In this document: positions 39,000-52,450 of the stretch, in pieces
How the letters are laid out: every line of letters begins with the position of its first letter
How positions within the stretch are numbered: position 1 is the stretch's first letter
Assembly: GCA_965644295.1 (NCBI GenBank)
Contig: CBFFRP010000378.1
Span: 372,001 to 436,000 of the forward strand
DNA: 64,000 nt
Direction of reading: 5' to 3'
Source: Paraphysomonas bandaiensis
Lineage: Eukaryota; Protista; Chrysophyceae
Program-made: the position numbers and the translations under genes
The notes under the pieces: generated by a model
Seen by the model: only the letters and a program-made list of their open reading frames with translations
The model's database searches: none
What the model was told of the DNA's origin: nothing

Positions 39000-41723
39000 T
39001 TTGTATATATGGATACAGAGAGCATTTTTTAAATCCAAATCGAGTGTATTACATACAGGGGAGATACAGAATAAACAAGCTTCTATAATAGCTGCATTCA
39101 AAAAGTCTATGTCATCTCTACATTCAGCAAATGTTATTGCAAACCCACCAGCTTGCGTAACAATTAATAGGCTATTAATTGGTGACAGGTGTCCAACAAT
39201 ATAATAATTGCAATTATTAATCAAGCATCCAATTATTGGCAATGCAACATTTCAAGGTGTCTAGGTGTTATTCGTTTGAAAAAATCTAGTCATAACAATC
39301 TTAGCTCTAAACAACCTCTCACAAACATTGGTAGTGCTATACAAATACTTCATTCAACGATATCGTGTTGGAAGTTTGATGCGTGCTTTTTGGCGATTTT
39401 GGTTGCCTTTAAAAAGTAAACGAATGTACTCGACTTCCTCATCATCATCGTTCTCTCTCGCGTGCAGGTACATCATTTATCAAAGAGCGTCGCACCTGTG
39501 CTTTTTTAGCGCAATTCAGTTCTTCTTCCTCACCGCGCTGAATTCTGACTACTGCTCTCTCGAAATCTGCGTTCTGAACAATTTCCGCGTCTGCACCCAG
39601 GTGAAATTTCATCTCAGGTACTGACGAATTAAATCATCATTTGTTCATTCGATGCCATCCTGTTGAATAAATAAGAATGATAAGTATGGCTATCCAATGC
39701 TTCTAGTTCATTACTGTTGTACACACACACTACGGATCCTCTGTATTAAGGTATTCTTGCACACACACATACTTCTCTTCCTCTGATAGTGGCACCTCTA
39801 TAAGAGAGTCTGATTATCACTTTGCTGGCTCTACTAGTCTGATAGATGCTTTTATACCACAATATTGGTGCACGAAAAATACAGGGAACTACCAGCCGTA
39901 AAAGTCCGTGGGGAGGCTGTGAGCCAATCTGCTGTAAGCCAGTTGAGCACTATGATTGTACAGGAAAGTACAAAAGTAGAGTAAGAGGAAAAGTCGTTGA
40001 TATGAGGACTCAATGCGCCAAACAAGGTACAAGGCAAGCTGGGGGCAGCTTTTGGGACATCTGGGCTTTGTTCTGGTCCACATTGGAGTAGAGTGAGGCC
40101 TGTTATGGCTAATTTAGTGCAACTTTGTGTTGGGCGGTATTTCGTTCCGAAGTGCAAAGAAAAGTGTACGACCTTTGACATGATATATTACTCTTGCATA
40201 CTGAGGTTAAAGTGTATACTAACCCTAATTACGATTAATAAAATGATAACGTGACTGTGCACATACATCCATACTACTATGCTTTTACATATAATGGGTG
40301 TGTACCTAAGATCAGTAGCTAGATATCGTAAGATGCTATATATAATTTAGCCAGCCAATTAATTGCAATTAATAGGCAACAATTTCCAATAATAATTGAC
40401 ATTTTCACTTTTAAAACCAATTAATTGTTACGCAAGCCTGCATACTATCATGTGATTATCAAGGGTTCGTCCACTCACAACCGTTAAAAACATTGGTCGT
40501 ATAATGATATCGCCCTGGAGGGAAATCTTCATATGAGAAACATCCAGACCAAATATGCGCCTCAGGTACTCATGTTCAATGCAATTCTTAACGTCTGGAA
40601 AAACAAATGCTAAGCTACTAAACTCCTCCGCAATATTGTTACGGCGAAGTTCGTAATGAGCACCGGGATTTTGCTCTTTGTACAGCTCTAGAAATGGCTC
40701 TAGCAATGAAAAACTGCCCAATTGGTCTTCTAATTGAATTCGACTAAGTGCTGCAGCTTTCTTAACCACATCGGGCGTGGCATTTATGCCATCAACCAAC
40801 AGAAGTTGCTAGTTAAAAGAGCAATTATATTTATACATTGTCATATATCTTTGTGTCGACTCATATATTTGTGTATTCAGTGGTGAGAACAGAAAGGCGT
40901 AGGTATACTAATAAATGGCGTATTCTCTCACCCTCCCATATCATAAGATTTGCATACAAAATTACAGTAGTAAATGCCTTGCATCACAAGAACATTATAG
41001 TTCGTATATGATGGCAATGATGTGTGTGTTTCTCACCTGAATACGGGTAGTGCTAATATTACGACGACCGACTCCAACACCCTTCAGATCACTGCAAACA
41101 TTTTTCGTTGTTCAACACCTCGTTCTTGAAGTACTGAATAATGAAAAGTTTATACATATATATATACCTGTGATTCTCATGCCATCCTCGCTCAACGCAT
41201 AGTGCTCCTTAATACTTGCAGCAGTATCCATACAGTATGCTTTATCACGCTTACGCCGAGCACATGCTGGATTCATACATATCATAGTAACTCTATTGCT
41301 TCCTTGCGCTACATGTGGATCGCGTCGCAGTTGTTTTCCTGTACGTGTGCCTCCACAACTGGCTATCTGTTGCATGTGGTTCATGACAGATTGAAAGTCT
41401 GGAAACACTTGACCTTCCTCTGAGAGTTCCATCACATGCATAGGTAAAATAATATCTCATCATAGCCAATACAGGATCACAATACATCACTGAATAAGTG
41501 GATATATTTGACTTATTAAGATGGACATTCGAATTGATGGATGGATACGTTAGCTAGCTACACTTGGGCTTATCTGCTGCTGATGAGTGTGCTGTGCTCC
41601 ATGGTGCTGCCTGCTGTATGTGTATGTTGGAGAGGAAAACCCCCCAAAAAAGCAAAAAAAACTCCAATGTGTCCATTCTGGCACTAAAAAAAAACCAACC
41701 GTGTCCTGACCGGCACCGGGCTC
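39000..41723 (-). mobile_element. Mutator-like (MULE) element: terminal sequence plus disrupted transposase, interrupted by a hAT insertion
   Basis: Terminal sequence 41499-41723 (GAGCCCGGTGCCGG...). Transposase segments IFGLDVSHMK...LTVVSGRTLDNHMIV resume after the hAT as (C)GFAITFAECRDDIDFL. Confidence 0.8.
39148..40440 (-). mobile_element. Degenerate hAT element related to 25287-26784
   Basis: Ends CAGGCTTGCGTAACAATTAAT (40440 side) and a damaged copy at 39148. Frameshifted transposase remnant at ~39230-39625 (PEMKFHLGADAEIVQNADFERAVVRIQ; TTNVCERLF). No TSD seen. Confidence 0.8.
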
Positions 41724-42121
41724 GAGATATCGTAGATATTTATACAGGAGCAGTTTGCATGTGTTGTACAAAATATCGTATGCATCTTAATTTTCGGAAA
41801 TAAATTGAAGTAAATATTGTCTATATTACTGTGATACAACTACGACTGGAATACAGATAATTGTTGTCTCAATATTAGAGGCAGCTTTGAACAAAAATAA
41901 ACAAAGGATGCCAATACGATATAGAAATTGCAGTTGTATAGTTTATATAAACATACAATATATCCAGGTTTTCTAGTCTAAAAGCCAGAGATTTCATATT
42001 TTATTTCCTATTACTATCACGTACATATATATACGTACTGCTATCTAGATAGCATCAATGCAGGCATCTATAGTATCATTACTACCATACTCCTTTACAC
42101 ACATATATATCATACCAAATC

Positions 42122-43210
42122 ATGTCAAGAACTGTAAAACAATTATTTGATTTAACTGGAAAAACTGCTTTGGTACATATCATCACTTATAACATTAACT
42201 GTATGTATTGTAAGCATGTATTTGCTATAGGTTACAGGCGGGTCCAGAGGACTGGGATTAAGTATGGCATATGCATTAGGGGAAGCTGGTAAATACTCAT
42301 ATAAATATATTATATTATTGTATTTTATAATGTATATATGGGAATACATATGAATACAGGGGCACGTGTAATTATATCTTCTAGAAAAGAAAAAGATCTT
42401 GATGTTGCAGTGGAAGAGTTACGTGCTAAAGGGATTGATGCATCATATATTGCAGCTGATTGTGCAAAAGAGAATGATATTAAACGACTTGCAGATGAAG
42501 CTATACAGAGAGCATCAGGAGAGATTGATATTCTTGTGAATAATGCCGGAGCTGCTTGGGTATGTTATCACACTACCGCCCTGTATTGTTATTGCTCTAG
42601 ACGTATTTTATGCTAATGTATATGATCGTTCTGATTGCACAGGGATGTCCCGCAGAAGACCACCCGTTGGAGGCGTGGGACAAGGTAGAGTGATGTATTC
42701 TTCTTTGTATGTTGTTTTTCAAAACCCGTGACTCTTTAATTGTATTCTCATGGATTTGTTTTTCAGGTCATGAATTTAAATGTGCGTGGGTACTTCTTAT
42801 TGAGTCAACACATGGCCAAGAAAAGCATGATTCCCCGCAAAAATGGACGTATAATAAATATTGCATCTATCCAGGGCCTTGGTGGAAATCCTCCGGGTCA
42901 TAATACAATTGCTTATAACACCTCAAAAGGTGCAGTTGTTACTTTTACTCAAGCACTTGCAGCTGAATGGGGCAAGTATCACATAAACGTGAACAGCATA
43001 TGCCCTGGGTTTTTTCTCACTAAAATGACCGCTGGGTCTATAAAGAACATGGGTGGAGAAGAGGCGTTGTTATCTCGCACACCAATTGGTAGGCTGGGAT
43101 GTGACGAAGATCTTAAGGGTGTTGCTGTTTTACTGGCTTCTGATGCTGGTCAGCATATAACCGGTCAATGGATTGCAGTTGATGGAGGGTACTCCGTGTT
43201 GGTCGGCTAA
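42122..43210 (+). CDS. Short-chain dehydrogenase/reductase, gluconate-5-dehydrogenase-like (proteobacterial type), 4 introns
   Basis: LFDLTGKTALVTGGSRGLG, DILVNNAG, AYNTSKGAV (YxxxK) and ITGQWIAVDGG; exons splice in frame. Confidence 0.93.
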
Positions 43211-44154
43211 TGGGATTATGTTGCTGCGATCATTATCAGAAAGCATCGTGCCATTAGGTGTTTATTGGTACATAGAGCTACTTTGCGACTTCGCATGTGC
43301 ATATAGCTAACAGTTAAAAGTAGTCTACTAGCATCGGATGAAGTGGTACTTTTTGCGTAAATGTCAGCTATAACAAAAACTTTCGAATTAAATTTGTCGA
43401 TTGCATTGGTCTGTGCTGTATTGTGTATTTAATATTTAAGAGGTACCGTACAATGCAATGATAAAAATTTCCATACTAGAGATCCACAATCCATTATCAC
43501 GACTCCGTGCTGAAGTGGAAGTATTTTTTTCTGTAGAGTCAAGATAAATCGTCATGTTTGATAGAAATATATATCGTAAGAACTAAGGCTAGATATTGAC
43601 TTGAAAGTTACATGGTCTGGTATCTGGTACTGCTGTACACTGTACACCATGTACAGCAGGGTCTGATAACCATAAACAGTAATACCATTATAAATGCGGC
43701 AAAATTGATAACCCTTTAATAATAACATTTAATATATGCTATAAAGAATTAAGTGTTATAATATCAGAATTAAAAGGTGAAGTATAACACACTGATAAGG
43801 CGAGACGCCTGAACGATGAATGCGTACCGAAGTAGTGATATTCGGAGCTTGGTTGAGGGTGAACCTAACAAGACGAGTGTAAGATCTGTGGACACAGTCG
43901 AATGCTTCCAATGAACTCATCGGAAGCAATAAGAAGAGATATAAACTATGGCATATGACAGTAAAATATCTGATAAAGGCTTTAGCTCTAGACCTGCTCA
44001 AGTAGACTTTAAGCAACTTCTGAATGATTACTTACAACGTGGCCAAATCAGTTTGCTACAAACGGAGTAGTGACATTATTGCCTTCCATATTTTAGATGA
44101 AAGCGTTTCAAAGGTACATCAAACAGGAGGCTTAAGTCAAGTGAAACTCAATTA

Positions 44155-44544
44155 ATGGAGTCTTTCTATGGCTTATTGAGAGACTACGGGGCTATTCAAA
44201 ATGTCCATATAATTGTTAATGATCCTGAGGTCCAAAAAGAGCACAGCATCAATGCCCACACATTCAACGCCTCATCCCATTGCTCTGTCCAACTCACAGC
44301 CCACCCACCTAGAACTCGCTACACTCAGGGGCTTAATACAAAACCCTGAGCCCCCTCCTAACCCAGTGGAGTCTCATCCCAAGGGGAGACCTCCACGCGC
44401 CGGTGAGTCCCAGGACACACGATTATGGCGGGCCTTATAACACACACAAAGAACGGAAGTGGTCGCACCTTGGTGCTTGCGGCGACGCACAAGCAGATTC
44501 TGTAGCGTTAAATAGTAGGATAATAGAGTTTGTATTGATTAGTT
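44155..44544 (+). mobile_element. Possible 3' fragment of a non-LTR retroelement
   Basis: GC-richer ORF remnant ending just before the dispersed stem-loop repeat; no RT motif visible. Confidence 0.35.
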
Positions 44545-45122
44545 ACGGATAGAGGTCTAAATAGTATGTCTAGTATTCTTCTAGCCACTAATTAGTGCAG
44601 GTTTTCAACGCCTATTGCTAAATAATAAGACTTTTAATATAACGACAAAGTTGATATATCTAAGTGTAGGTCCAAAAGTCATGTGTGTAGTATTTACATG
44701 TAAACTGTGAAGTATTACATTATTGTTTCTTCGCCCTGGTATGAAATACAATGAGAAGTAGGTCTTCGTATCAGTCGACTATCGATTCATTATTAGTATT
44801 GTGGTGTGATAGTTGAGTTGGCAATACTAGAGCATACATATGAAAGGAATAATGTTCCATTGCGCTGTTGAATATTGATGCTAGTTTGAGCTCTAGGTAG
44901 TTGTTATTTACTATATATATGCACGCGGCGGTGAAAATAATATCACTATCCTGGGGTGTATTATAGAGCTTTACTCTTTCCATTCACATGAGCCATGATT
45001 GAGGATATACCAGATATGATTATATACTAACAGCCAGGTCATTAAAGAAAACGTTTTCTAGAGATACCATGTAAAGAACCACTACCACAACGAAAAACTT
45101 TGAGAGTTGCACTACCAAATCA

Positions 45123-47355
45123 TTAAATAGCACCTAAAACAGAATTTATAAATTCTGATGAAAATTCTTCCTCTTCATTCAACGTTTGCACTTTTTGGAG
45201 AGAGGTCTCTTCTTTCGTCTCGCAGTCCGCAAGACCACGGGCGTGTTTAAGTTTTCTCACAAGGTCTTGACTGTAACGCGAGACTACTCCATTTCCACCA
45301 TTCAAAACACTGTTATAGCTCTTGTCAATCAAACGTACATCTCGCACTTTTTTCATCTGCAAACGGGCATTATTCTTCCTGATAATTTTCTGCATCGTTT
45401 TTGATTTATTCGACAATTCATCATGCAGCTCCTTGGGAATTTGTCTGCGCCGGTGTGTATCGGACCCACCAGTGACACACCAGTTGATAGGTACTGTTCT
45501 GCTAAGAGTCTGAGATCTTTTCCCACCGCACGCCGTAGGTAACTCTAAGTATTGTTGCATTTGAGGTGATATATCGTTTACATCAGCACGTTCACGTCGC
45601 TGCCGCGGAACCAAAAATCTACTTTTCGGCGGGGGTGGCCGCAATGACACCCTTTGAAGAGGATCCACCAGTGTCTGGAAGTTATAGAATGTGTCGGGGT
45701 CTGGTGGAGCACTCGCTCCCGTGCTTTGATGAGATGCGGCCCGATGATCGACAGTCATCTTAGGAGCCTGTACAGGTGGCGGTGCATCACTCAGAGCATC
45801 CAGATCTTCGCTATTATCATCGGGAACAATGAACCCCCGTCGGTGAGATTTTTGAGAGTGAAGACCTGATGCTGAACGTGTAGCGCTGGATGCGAACGGC
45901 GACGCAGGCTCAGATGTTGTTCCATTAGGGCCAGCAGCCTTCTTGCCGTGTACAGGGACTGCCAGTGGAATCATTTCATTATCTTCTGCCTCATCATCAT
46001 CTTGCACCTCCTCCGGAAAGAGCTTTGCCCACGCCACGCGAACAGAAACGGGACAAAGTTGTACCCCATGCATGACTTGTACAATCTGCAGCAATATAGT
46101 TTTCCGAAGACCTTTGGAGTACAAATGCCGAGACCCAGGACACAGGAAGTAGAAGCCGTAATAAACAGCATTCGCAAGAATATAGGGAAAATATTTAAAA
46201 ACAAAATCTTTGTTGTTTTCGCCGTGAGCACGGCGGGACAAAAGCTCTACAATTTTCACGTATTCTTTCCCCACTTTACGTAACAAAAACTTCTCAGCCC
46301 CGGCCTCGTTTTCACTTTGAAAGAATAGCACTTTAATGAACCAAAACATGTAGACAAAATACTGTTGTACCGCTGTGTACTTAAAAAACCATTGAAAGAT
46401 GCCTTCGCCAGAAGGCAAGTTAATTCGCTCCAATGAATACAATAAGAGTAATTCTGGGTTCATTTCCCCCTCACTACCTTCCATATTGCTCACTTTAGAC
46501 TCACGATTGGGCCACTTAATCGAAATCGGCCACCGAATCTCTTCCTGAGGATTACTCGGTACTATAAAGTCTAATTCGGGTTCATTAACAGATCGAGTGA
46601 CATAGCCCTCCATATTTTGAGTTAACTCTTTTTCGTGCTTCTGCCGAAGTGATTTTTTAATTTCGTACCGCTTAGTTTGGGATTCCTTCGTGCGGTGGGC
46701 CACTCTGGTAGTTTTACTTTTCTTACCTTTCATTTCTAGTCGGGATGAGCTATATTTATCTTCTAGCTTGGTCTCAAGTTTCTTCGCTGATTCAGTGGCT
46801 TGCTTAGTCTTCAACACAAGTCTCACAGGATCCATCGACACTCCCTCCGTAGAAACAAGATTAACGTCCTGTCAATAAAAGTGAGAAAAAAAAGAAGAAA
46901 TACTCTGTGTATAACATCACCTTTGCCATTGGAACATTAGTTTTAACATCTTTAAGCAGAACTTTAGGGTTGACGTGTTGATCTTCGAATTCTTCCATGA
47001 TCTTTGGAGCCATTTTGGACTCTTTCTTAGAATTAGCCATCAAATCCTCAGCGCAAAACTCAAGTCGAACTCTTGCTGCTGTTTCCAATGCTCGTAATCG
47101 TAAATGAAGAACATCAACCATTTGATTTAAATTTCTTTCTAGTACCATACTTTTATTACTATCAGATTCTGATACTTCACCCATCACTTCATCTTCAATT
47201 CTTTGCATATACAGACTGTCCTCTAGAGTGTTTTGTCTGGCTAGACTGACTAAAACATCTCCAGGTGTCTCCTCTGCTTGAGAGGCACCATGAGTATAAT
47301 TCTTTGCAATATTCCATGCGTTTTTAGATACTGTAATTCTATTAGATTTCTTCAT
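45123..47355 (-). CDS. FAM227-like (FWWh domain) protein
   Basis: FVYMFWFIKVLFFQ...KDFVFKYFPYILANAVYYGFYFLCPGSRHLY and ISPQMQQYL resemble FAM227; one intron near 46860-46920. Confidence 0.72.
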
Positions 47356-47947
47356 AGTGTTACTATGGTATGATATCAATAGGCAGCTATAGCTGTATGA
47401 TATACTGATATACACTCTATGATACCATTAAATGCAATGATTTATATGTGATATGCTTATGGTTATTCAAGTGATTCAGATAGCTTCTATTATGACTCAT
47501 AGACTATGAAATAGAAGCAGAGAGTTATAAGCCTTAACTGTCTATCAATCCACAGGCGTATGTATGTATGTATATGCACTCTGTATGTATATGTATATAG
47601 AGATATGTATGTATGTATGTACAGTAGAGCTCCGTTACATATTAGAGCATCACGAGCAGCAGATATAGAGTCATGATCTGTATTCTGAGCGTATTCCTAT
47701 ATATAAGTATAGCAGTATAATTTATAGGTAGGCTATGTACAGTATGTATATATGTATATACTACGTATACTGCTACAGTAGTACATAGTAGTCTCTGTAT
47801 ACCCCATACGACTATATGTCCAGTATGTTCATAGCACTCTCATACTAACATACTTAGAAGAATTTATAACACCAACACACTATCTATAGACAATAATATC
47901 ACACCACATCCCCATTATGTATATATCTATTATAATCTAATATATTT

Positions 47948-50900
47948 ATGGAAAAAATATCTTTAAAAAAGAAAAAGAAACTTAAAAAATCAAAGAAAGA
48001 TGAGAACATTTATCAAATCCGTGTGATACTACGTCCCAATGAGCCTCTTGGTACAACAATGGAATATGATACACGTATAAAAGCTTTATGTGTATCAGAA
48101 TTTGTATCTAATTCAAAAGTACAGCAAAGTGGTGTAGTTCATGGAATGTATCTTACACAAGTGGATGATTTGAATGTCATGGGATTAAAACAAGGGGATG
48201 TGGTGTTTATTCTACAACAGAAAGCATCGAATATGCGTGAGTTAATATTTTCAGATATTGATGTGTCCAAATATGCTGTACCGAAACCGGAGCCGCAAAT
48301 CATTAGTCGGGATTTACGTTCTCAGAGTGCCAATTTGTCCAGTATGGACCGTCCTTCATTGCTCACAGATAGAAATAATAGTAGCACAACGAATCATGGA
48401 AATGGTATGTATCCCAAACCTCCGAAACCAAAACCTACAAGTAGTGATCGTATGCTTCCAACTGGTATTGCATCAGATCACCTCCGAACTCACACACTCC
48501 CCACTTACTCAAAGACCCCACCTACTAGTAATTGTATCGATGCTGGCTACAAACAAGTGAAGCCTACAAAGAATATGCCAATAGCTAACAGCAACCTCTC
48601 GTCCTTAACGACATCCCAAGGCGACCCGTTCTCCACTCCTGCCCGACGCCGGCGCTTGGTAGCTGATATATCTCGATTTCTCCTCAAGCAATATTGCCTG
48701 AAAGCTTGTGAGAATGTACATGCGCAGAGGGTACGATATAGTTGTGCTGTGATTATACAGTCGGCAGTTCGTCGATGGCGGGCTGTAAAAGTACTTCTAA
48801 TGCTGCGGTTTGAGAAGCAGACCTCTGCTGCGATCAGAATGCAGGTATTTTACATGTATATCTCACTATATAATGTTCTTTTTGATGTACTATTTATGTA
48901 TCACTGTTTACATCATGTTGATATTGCATGTGCTGACCAAGATGCCGGTTTTAAATTTGAAATAACGTGTCATCAGGTAGTTGCTAGGTGTCGTGCGGCA
49001 CGTGCAGAACTTCAGCGAAGGCGTGAGCTTCGTCTTTTACTGCTCTCTACAGCTTTGGCTGTGAAAATGCAGTGTATATTTCGTGTTCGACGGGCGAAGG
49101 CTATTCGTGCTAGGCTAGAAAGAGAGAAGGCGGAGCTTCTTGCATTAATGGAACGCTGTGTGATTATTATTCAGTGTGCGTATCGACAGTACACCAGCCG
49201 GAGAGTGGTGGTAAAGCGTCGGAAGGCTCGGGAAAGGATGATTAAACTTCAGCACCGTGCTGCATTGAAGTTAGAATGTGCATATCGCAGGAGGGCAGCT
49301 GTGAAGGCTGTTGATGCTCTGCGCAGAGCTATGCGAACTAAAGATGGTATGGCATATCGTATTTCCCGGCAATGGAAAAAGTATCGGGCTAAAATGCACG
49401 GAGCTGCAACTGTAATGCAGAAAATATATAGGGGGCATGTGGGTAGAACACGTGCAGCTGGTTTAAAACGAGAGCTTCTTCAACGCCAAGAAGAAGAAAG
49501 GTGTCGCCGAAATGAACTTATGTTGATGCGTCGTGAGGATGAGCTATCACATTTCCTGAGGGATCAAGAAGCTGTGGAAATTCGAGTGGAACTCCCTTCA
49601 TCTTTACTACACTGTATTCGCCGCTGCTCAGTTAAAGATACCATTCAGTGGTGTATTGTACAGTCTGTTCTTGAGTATGATTCAAATAAAGACGAATACA
49701 CAGTAGGTGAGCTCATACGACGGGTAATGCGAGCAGCTAATCTGAATACGACCATTCGAGACCCCTCTTTGCTGGATACTTCTGGTCATGATTCTGAAAT
49801 TGACATATTGGCGCCTACACCTGCCATCCGTTCCCATGATCTTCCACCTGATAGTAGCTATCCTGGAGAATGGGGAGCCCGGCATATCAGTAGGCATTCT
49901 GCCGGAGGAGAATATAGTCGATATTTGTCGTACAGTGCTGAATATAATGATTGTATGAGAAGTTTAACTGTATCTATGGGAGTATCTGGAAGAGTAGTCT
50001 TGTTGCTGGAGAGGCCAGTGAATATATATCGCTGTAAGAAAAACAAAGGTTCAAGCTACTGTTATGATAACGCGAATATTGCCATAATACTGGTGGAGTC
50101 TTCACATGATTCGCGACCTATGGATGCTTCTAACGAGAACAAACCACCCCCAGTAGATGTTGAGCAGACGACACCAGTTGAATACAGTGATAACAATAAG
50201 CCTATGCTCGAGTTTAAATTTAAGGATGTCTGCGTGAGTGTTTCGGTGACAGCTATGGCAGATGATAAAGTCCAGAACATAGTTGAAGAGGAGCATCCGA
50301 GAAGTGAAGTCGAGGCTGAAGAAAGTGAAGCGAAATCTGAGACCAATGTTGAGGATGTCATCGAAGTGGAAGAAAGTGATAGCGAAGAGGAGGAAGTAAT
50401 TGTGGAAGTACGCCCAGCTACTTCTCGTCCTAGTACTGCAACAACGCGTATGCGGGTATCACTATTTGATGAACTTGAGGCAGAGCGAGCCAGATTGGCT
50501 GCCGAGGAGGCGGCACGAAAAGAAGCGGAGGAGAGGGCTATACAAGAAGCACTGAGAATTCGAAGTGAGAAATTGCTCGAAATATTGAGACGAGTCACAG
50601 CACGTAAGATCCAGGTAGGAAGTGGCGCATGTAAACTTCAAGCGTATATATATCGTACACATCGGGAAATTGATATTTGTTGTGTTCGCAGAGAGCGTAC
50701 AATATTTATCGAGCCCATCAGCTCTTAGTAAGTCGAATTACCAAGCTGCAACGATTTTTACGGAGATCAATGTGTATGGGGCGCTGGCACTTTGCTGTAC
50801 GAATGCTTATGCAGCGAGCAACTTTCAGTGTGACTCGCCTCCAGTCCTATGTACGCAGGAAACTTGCTGTGTCTTTATGTCGTAGTGTGCGTAAGGAAGT

Positions 50901-51441
50901 ATGTAGAGATATATATAGTTCACTCTCAGAAGCATGGTGGGAAGAGCGACTCTTGAAGCGGTACTCCTATGCCCCTGGTGGGAGTGGTGTGGATGTGCAA
51001 AATGCATGTCAACTTTTGGACAATTCGTTGGAGGATGTAAAGAAGGAAATTACTGCGAGGATCTTAGATTATCGCGGCATTTTCTCAGCGAAAGACCAAG
51101 AAATGTCGGAGGACAGTGGTTTATATTTGACTACTGTAGAACGGACACATGGAGGAAAGACATCGATGCAAGGTTGTAGCCCCTGGGCAGCCAACATAAT
51201 GCATATAATGGAAATACCCCAGCCACCGGAAAATTGTGTGCTTCCCCATGATATACTCTTTTACTCAGATCAGAAATCGGAAAACCTTACCGAAAATGCG
51301 ACCAATAGCACAGATGACGATAACAACAGGAGTTTTGGTACGATAAAGCCATATGGAAAGAAGGTGAATATGGCCAGATACAAGAGTCCTCCTCAAACTT
51401 ACCCTCCAATATATGAAAACTTTGTAAAGAAATTTAGCTAG
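47948..51441 (+). CDS. PDZ-like domain plus multiple IQ calmodulin-binding motif protein
   Basis: N-terminal EPLGTTM...LTQVDDLNV (PDZ-like); IQ motifs IQSAVRRW, MQCIFR, IQCAYRQY, MQKIYRGH, LQRFLR; introns near 48845 and 50615. Confidence 0.8.
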
Positions 51442-52450
51442 CGCTGTCCCGTTGTGAGTATCAAGTAGGATTACGTACCGATCTGAGCATTAGTGTTGTA
51501 TAGTGTATATAGATAGTGTTCTTTAATTTCTGTCGTTCGTGTGTGTACATAATGCAAACAGTGCGTTTTTATACTTATGTACGTTGCTTTACATATGAAT
51601 GAGTGTTCCATACTCCATACAGTACTGGACAATATACAATAGTACATATGATGGAATCTTTTATATAGTTAGTGCAAATAGAGTAGTTGTAATAACCACC
51701 CTCGGGTTATTTTATATTTTATACCATGATCACTCTTAGTACATGTTGAAGCTTGCACATATTATATGTTTGAAACCATACAAATATTATTATTAGTTCT
51801 TGGATCTATGTACGAGGATCTAGAGCATATTGTATCAATAGTATGATGGGCTTACAATTGAGATATCAAATGATTTAGCGAAAACAGTCAAAGAGATAAC
51901 AGAATTGTCAAAAAGACTAAGACTACGTAACATGAGACAGTGTTTGGTGATATTTATAGGACATATAATAACGCGTAAGGCTGGATAATCTTACTGGAGA
52001 ATTCCAGGGCCCAAGGTCTCTCGCATCCGGTGAAAATGTAATCCAACATCCAACCATCAAGGGCCCATACTGATATGTATTCCCAGATGTGGAAGAGGAT
52101 GGTCCTGTACAAAACGACACTCTAGCAGGAAACAGGTATACAAGGAAGAAGCAAAGGTAAAACTATCTTGCTTGGAGTAGTGCGCAACACTCAACCACCG
52201 GGTTAGAATAAATCAGTGGTACTTCCAGATATAGAAGTATAGGGAGAATAGCAGAACAATATCAAGTATGTGAGATCCATAGAGATACTCGGCTAGAGGA
52301 CTGTGCTACTACTGTTCAGCACAACGCTGTGCTAACTGCAAAGACAGAGTTCATTCAACAGAACTCCACTGAGAATTATGTTTCAAATGTCGAATGATAA
52401 GTATAGAAATGTACTGTTTGTAGTATGTACACATATACATACCTTAATCT

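Noticed and set aside
51900-52400. Possible retroelement remnant
   Set aside because: No RT, integrase or LTR features could be supported.
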